A stretch of DNA of 64,000 bases from Vulcanimicrobiota bacterium (lineage in GTDB: Bacteria; Vulcanimicrobiota; Vulcanimicrobiia; Vulcanimicrobiales; Vulcanimicrobiaceae): positions 704,001 through 768,000 of the forward strand of contig CAWETW010000003.1 of NCBI GenBank assembly GCA_963812155.1. Reading direction: 5' to 3'. The translations under genes and the position numbers were made by a program. The notes under the pieces are model-generated. The model was not told the DNA's origin. It saw only the letters and a list, made by a program, of their open reading frames with translations, and did no database searches. Shown piece after piece: positions 59,908-64,000 of the stretch (within the stretch, counting starts at the first letter, position 1; each line of letters opens with the position of its first letter).

Positions 59908-60684
59908 CTACAGTACGACGCCGCGGCGAAGAATCCACGCGCCGGCCAGTGCCGCCGCCGCCAGCACGATGAAGCCGTAGGAAAGCGCCAGCGCTTCGCG
60001 CACGCCCGAGGCCGAAAGCGTGACGTACAAAGCGACCGGAAGCGAACTCGGATGGTACGCGACGATGCTCGTGGCGCCGTACTCGCCGATGGCGCGCAGC
60101 CAGGCGAACGCGACGCCCGCGCCGACGCCGGCAGCCGCGCCGGGTAAGGCGACGCGCGCGAAGATGCGCCACTCCCCCGCGCCCAGCGTGCGGGCCGCGT
60201 CTTCGTAGACGGGATCGATCCCGGCGAACGCGGCCGTCGCAGCAATGGCAACGAACGATCCCGAGACGAAGAACTCGGCAACGGCGACGCCGAGCAGCGA
60301 ATCGACGACCGAAATGCCGTGGCCTGCAAGCCAGCCGCCGAGCGGCGCGTGAATGCCGAAAACGTAGAGCAGCATCAGGCCGGAGGCGACCGGCGGAAAC
60401 GCCAGCGGCAGCGCGAGCGCGAAGATCGCGGGCGCTCGCACCCGCGAAGGGGCGCGTGCGAGCGCGTAACCGGCGGGCACGCCCAGCAGCGTCGCGGCAA
60501 GCGTCGCACCGAGCGAGGCGATCAGCGAAACGCGCAGCGCCGAGCGGCCGTCGACGGCGAGCGCCGCCATAGCCTCGTGCGGCGGAACGGTTAGGAGAAC
60601 CACGGCGACGGGCCCGAGTGCGGCGACGACCAAGATTGCGGCCGCCAGCGGAAAGAGGGGGCTCGGAAGCGGACGCGGCATCAT
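59908..60684 (-). CDS. molybdate ABC transporter permease (ModB-like)
   Basis: LPLAFPP.ASG, EAA loop YEDAARTLGA, and RAIGEYGAT. Confidence 0.85.
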   Translation of the reverse strand: MMPRPLPSPLFPLAAAILVVAALGPVAVVLLTVPPHEAMAALAVDGRSALRVSLIASLGATLAATLLGVPAGYALARAPSRVRAPAIFALALPLAFPPVASGLMLLYVFGIHAPLGGWLAGHGISVVDSLLGVAVAEFFVSGSFVAIAATAAFAGIDPVYEDAARTLGAGEWRIFARVALPGAAAGVGAGVAFAWLRAIGEYGATSIVAYHPSSLPVALYVTLSASGVREALALSYGFIVLAAAALAGAWILRRGVVL

Positions 60685-60693
60685 CGAAAACCC

Positions 60694-61260
60694 GTGGCAG
60701 CGAGCCTGTTCAAGGTCTTCGTCATCGCGCTGAGTTTGTCACTCGACGTTTTCGCCGTGAGTGTCGGGGTCGGCATTCGCGGGGTCCCTCCCGGGATGAA
60801 GTGGCGCATCGGCATCGCTTTCGCCTGCGCGGAAGTCTTCATGAACGTTGCGGGCGCGGGGCTCGGTCTCGCCGCCGGACGCCTCATCGGTCCGGCAGCC
60901 GCTTACATTGGTTTCGTCGCCCTGTTCGCACTCGGCACGTACATGATGTACGAAAGCCGGAGCAAACGCACGGGGTCGCAAAAGCTCGATCTTTCCAAGG
61001 GATGGGGATTGGCGCTCGCGTCGCTTTCGATCAGTCTCGACTCGCTCGGCATCGGTTTCTCGATCCTCTACATCGGCGTTCCGCTGCCGATCTCGCTGGT
61101 GGTGATTGCCGTGTTCTCGGTCGCTTCGACCGCGGCGGGGCTCGCGCTAGGCGGACGCTTGGGCGGCTACGCGGAGCGCTACGCCGCGTTCCTCGGCGGC
61201 CTGCTGCTCGCGCTGACCGGCATCGTATTCATCGCCCTGAAGATCTTCCACGTTGGCTAA
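60694..61260 (+). CDS. mntP: manganese efflux pump MntP family
   Basis: LSLDVFAVS and SISLDSLGIG motifs. Confidence 0.85.
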   Translation: MAASLFKVFVIALSLSLDVFAVSVGVGIRGVPPGMKWRIGIAFACAEVFMNVAGAGLGLAAGRLIGPAAAYIGFVALFALGTYMMYESRSKRTGSQKLDLSKGWGLALASLSISLDSLGIGFSILYIGVPLPISLVVIAVFSVASTAAGLALGGRLGGYAERYAAFLGGLLLALTGIVFIALKIFHVG

Positions 61261-61275
61261 CCGAAGCGTCGCGCC

Positions 61276-62166
61276 ATGAATGCCGGCAGCGCGATCTTCG
61301 ATCTCGCCGGCACTGCGGGCGCCGGAACGCTTTTCGTCGTCGGCACCGGAAAGAACGTCGGAAAGACGGTGACCGCGCGGGCAATCTACCAAGCCGCGGT
61401 CGCACGCGGACGCCGCATCGGCATCGCGTCGGTGGGGCGCGACGGAGAAGCCATCGACGTCGCGGACGGCGCGCCCAAACCGCGGCTGTTCTTGCACCCC
61501 GGCACGTTCTTCGCCACGGCGCGCGACGTGCTGCCGTCGTCGCCCGCGGTGGAATACGTGGAAGATTCGTCGCTGCAAACGGCGACCGGAACGCTGGTCT
61601 ATGCGCGAGTCGTGTCCGGCGCTCACTACGAACTCGTCGGTCCGCCGAGTGCGTCGGGCGTGCGCGAAGCGGTCGCGGTGCTGCAATCGCACTGCGAAAC
61701 GGTCGTCGTCGACGGCGCGATCGACCGAGTGGCCGCGCTCGCGGGCATGCCGGGAGGAATCGTCGTCGCCGCGGGTGCGTCGGCGGGAAGCACGCCGGAC
61801 GAAGCGGTCGACGCGATCCGCGCGTTGGTGCAACGATTGACGGTCCCGGCCTCCGACCCGGCACGCGCTGCACTTGAAATCGACGGCGCGCTCACGCCGG
61901 CGCGCGCGGCGGAACTCGTCGAGGCGCGCGAGTCGCGTCAAGTCGTCGTCGGCGATCCGACGCAGATCGCGTTAACGGGACGGGCCGCCGTGCACGCCTT
62001 TGCGCGGTTGCAGATTCGGTGCTTGCGTCCGCTGCACGTCGTCGCGGCGACGGTTGCGTCAATCGGACGCGAGCGCAGTTTCGAACCGCGTGCCTTCGCG
62101 CGCGCGGTCGCGTCGGCCACCGGATTGCCGACGTTCGACGTCTACGCCGGCGAACGCGCCGCGTGA
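61276..62166 (+). CDS. KamB-like P-loop protein (lysine 5,6-aminomutase reactivase partner)
   Basis: GTGKNVGKT, SVGRDGE..D...KPR and VDGAIDR motifs; lies upstream of the MutS-like gene and kce. Confidence 0.7.
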   Translation: MNAGSAIFDLAGTAGAGTLFVVGTGKNVGKTVTARAIYQAAVARGRRIGIASVGRDGEAIDVADGAPKPRLFLHPGTFFATARDVLPSSPAVEYVEDSSLQTATGTLVYARVVSGAHYELVGPPSASGVREAVAVLQSHCETVVVDGAIDRVAALAGMPGGIVVAAGASAGSTPDEAVDAIRALVQRLTVPASDPARAALEIDGALTPARAAELVEARESRQVVVGDPTQIALTGRAAVHAFARLQIRCLRPLHVVAATVASIGRERSFEPRAFARAVASATGLPTFDVYAGERAA

Positions 62167-63782
62167 AGCCGTCGCCGCTGCTCGACGCCGCCGCCGCGCT
62201 TGCGCTCGATGCAGAGTGGCTGAGCCGCGCCCTGATGCCTGCGAGCGAATACGGCCTGCGCCGTTTCTCGGAGTTGCGTCCGTTTGCGCCGGGCGAGGAA
62301 GAGGCCGCGCAGCGCCGCGCCACACGCGTCGCGGCCTATGCCGCGGCGCTCGAACTCGAACGGCTCGAGGCGCTTCGCGCGCTCCTCGCCAGATTGCCGG
62401 ATGCGATCGCGACGTTCGCGCGCGCGGCCATGGGCGACATCCTCGACGATGCGGCACTTTTCGAGTTGCAACGATTCTGCGACGGCGCATCGAGCATCGA
62501 TCGGCTGCTCGGCGGCGCCGCCGACGCGATGCCGGCGTGTAACGCGGGCGTACGCGCGGTCAGCGAGGCGCTCGAGCCCGGCCGCGTTCGGGTTTCGAGT
62601 TTTTATCTCGCCGATGCGCTCGACGCGCGGCTGGCACCGGCACGCGCGCAGCTGCAGAGCGCGCAAGCGCAGTTCGACGCCGTGCGCGGCCGCGCGCTCG
62701 TCGCGGTGGCCGGAGCGCTCGGACGGGAAGACGTCGCAGGCGACGAGTTTATCGTGATGCGAGCGGATCTTGCCGGTGAGCTTCCGTCCGGCGTGCGCGT
62801 GCTGCGTGAAGCGCCGACGTACTTCTTGTGCGCGGTCGAACTCGACGACGCGTCGCTCGCGGCGCTGGAGCGCCGCGACGAAGCTGCCGCCGCGGTCGCT
62901 GCGATCGAAGAAGAAACGCGCGCGCGGCTTTCGGGCGTCGTTGGCGCTTCGGCGGCGCCATTGCGTGCTGCGGCCGAAATGCTCGGCGACGTTGACGTAA
63001 TGGTCGCGGCGGCGCGATTCACGCGCATTCACGAATGCACCGTCGCGCGGATCGTGCCGGAAGCGTCGCTCGCGTTCGAAGGCGGGCGTTTTCTGCCGCT
63101 GGCGGCGGACCTCGGCGCGGAAGGCCGGGTCTTTACGCCGATCGACGTCGAGTTGCGGGGCGTCGCCGTACTCACCGGCCCGAACATGGGTGGCAAAAGC
63201 GTTTGCCTGCGAACGTGCGGATTCGTCGCGCTCTGCGCGGCGTTCGGTCTGCCGGTACCGGCGCTGCGCGCAAAAAGCGGACTCTTCGACGACATCGCGT
63301 GGCTCGGCGTCGGCACGCGCGACGATCGGCCGGGCGGACTACTCTCCACGTTTGCACGCGAGGTGGTGCGGCTGCGCGACGTTCTCGCGCGCGGTTCGGA
63401 ACGCGTCCTCGTGCTCGCGGACGAATTCGCGCGCACGACGACGCCCGTCGAGGGGAAAGCTCTGCTCGTCGCGCTGTTGCGGCGCTTGCGCGATCGCGGC
63501 GCGTGCGCGCTGGCGGCAACGCATTTGTCGGGCGTCGCCTCCGCCGCCGGGGCGCGCCATTTCGCGGTGCGAGGGCTGCGCGGCATTCCGCAGCCGCCCG
63601 CGGAAGGGGACCTGCATCAGGCGCTGGCGCGGCTGGCGGCGTCGATGGACTACACGATCGGCGAAGTGCGAACCGACGACGCGGCGACGGCGGATGCGCT
63701 GGCTTTGGCGTCCTTGCTGGGGCTCGACGCTGAAATCGTGGCCGACGCGCGGCGCCTTCTCGGGTCGGAACGCGCCCCGTAG
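62163..63782 (+). CDS. KamC-like MutS domain V ATPase
   Basis: TGPNMGGKS, LSTFARE, DEFARTT and ATH motifs; no mismatch-binding domain. Confidence 0.75.
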   Translation: MKPSPLLDAAAALALDAEWLSRALMPASEYGLRRFSELRPFAPGEEEAAQRRATRVAAYAAALELERLEALRALLARLPDAIATFARAAMGDILDDAALFELQRFCDGASSIDRLLGGAADAMPACNAGVRAVSEALEPGRVRVSSFYLADALDARLAPARAQLQSAQAQFDAVRGRALVAVAGALGREDVAGDEFIVMRADLAGELPSGVRVLREAPTYFLCAVELDDASLAALERRDEAAAAVAAIEEETRARLSGVVGASAAPLRAAAEMLGDVDVMVAAARFTRIHECTVARIVPEASLAFEGGRFLPLAADLGAEGRVFTPIDVELRGVAVLTGPNMGGKSVCLRTCGFVALCAAFGLPVPALRAKSGLFDDIAWLGVGTRDDRPGGLLSTFAREVVRLRDVLARGSERVLVLADEFARTTTPVEGKALLVALLRRLRDRGACALAATHLSGVASAAGARHFAVRGLRGIPQPPAEGDLHQALARLAASMDYTIGEVRTDDAATADALALASLLGLDAEIVADARRLLGSERAP

Positions 63783-63817
63783 AGTAACGCGGCTCGCCGC
63801 GAGCGAAGCGTGCGCCG

Positions 63818-64000
63818 ATGGAGCCGCTGATCGTTACCTGCGCGCCGGTCGGAGCCGAGGTTACGCTCGACCAAACGCCCCATTTGCCGCACACCCCGCA
63901 GCGGCTCGGCGAAACGGCACGCGCCGTCGAAGAAGCCGGCGGATCGATCCTCCACGTGCATTGCCGCAACGACGACGGCACGAATACGCACGGCATCGAC
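63818..64000 (+). CDS. kce: 3-keto-5-aminohexanoate cleavage enzyme (BKACE family), partial
   Basis: LIVTCAPVGAE...P.LP.TP...AGGSILHVHCR..DG. Confidence 0.8.
   Translation, partial: MEPLIVTCAPVGAEVTLDQTPHLPHTPQRLGETARAVEEAGGSILHVHCRNDDGTNTHGID

Noticed and set aside
62163..63782. Mismatch-repair MutS or MutS2
   Set aside because: Lacks mismatch-binding and Smr domains; context points to KamC.

Overview
High-GC bacterial chromosome segment. The gene set and the lipoprotein beta-propeller/TIGR03803 repeat families suggest Ca. Eremiobacterota/Vulcanimicrobiota, but this is an inference. The left core block (rimO 3' end, LCP, deacetylase, secA) is followed directly after secA by a visibly more AT-rich accessory region (~6.6-27.9 kb). 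That region begins with repeated palindromes and abutting gene debris, including a probable stand-alone Cas1 C-terminal HTH remnant. It carries a MarR unit, a seven-gene redox locus, an arsR-arsI-aquaporin-arsC operon, many secreted beta-propeller proteins, a frameshifted phosphoesterase and a fatty-acid desaturase. The redox locus encodes a CuA cupredoxin, a Cyc2-like cytochrome-porin, a triheme cytochrome c, an anti-sigma/ECF sigma pair, a type-1 cupredoxin and a Tat-like metallophosphoesterase. A stretch of small accessory genes (28-41 kb) follows. The right core block contains prfB with its programmed frameshift, a GT9, UDG, rlmN, glyQS, ppdK, an HD hydrolase, dnaG, rpoD, dtd, proline dehydrogenase, modB, mntP and the start of a kamB-kamC-kce lysine-catabolism cluster. 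No rRNA, tRNA, CRISPR array or intact integrase/transposase was seen. The best candidate for an undescribed system is the Cyc2-like cytochrome-porin/copper-protein locus, which has a symmetric pair of divergent ECF-type promoters.
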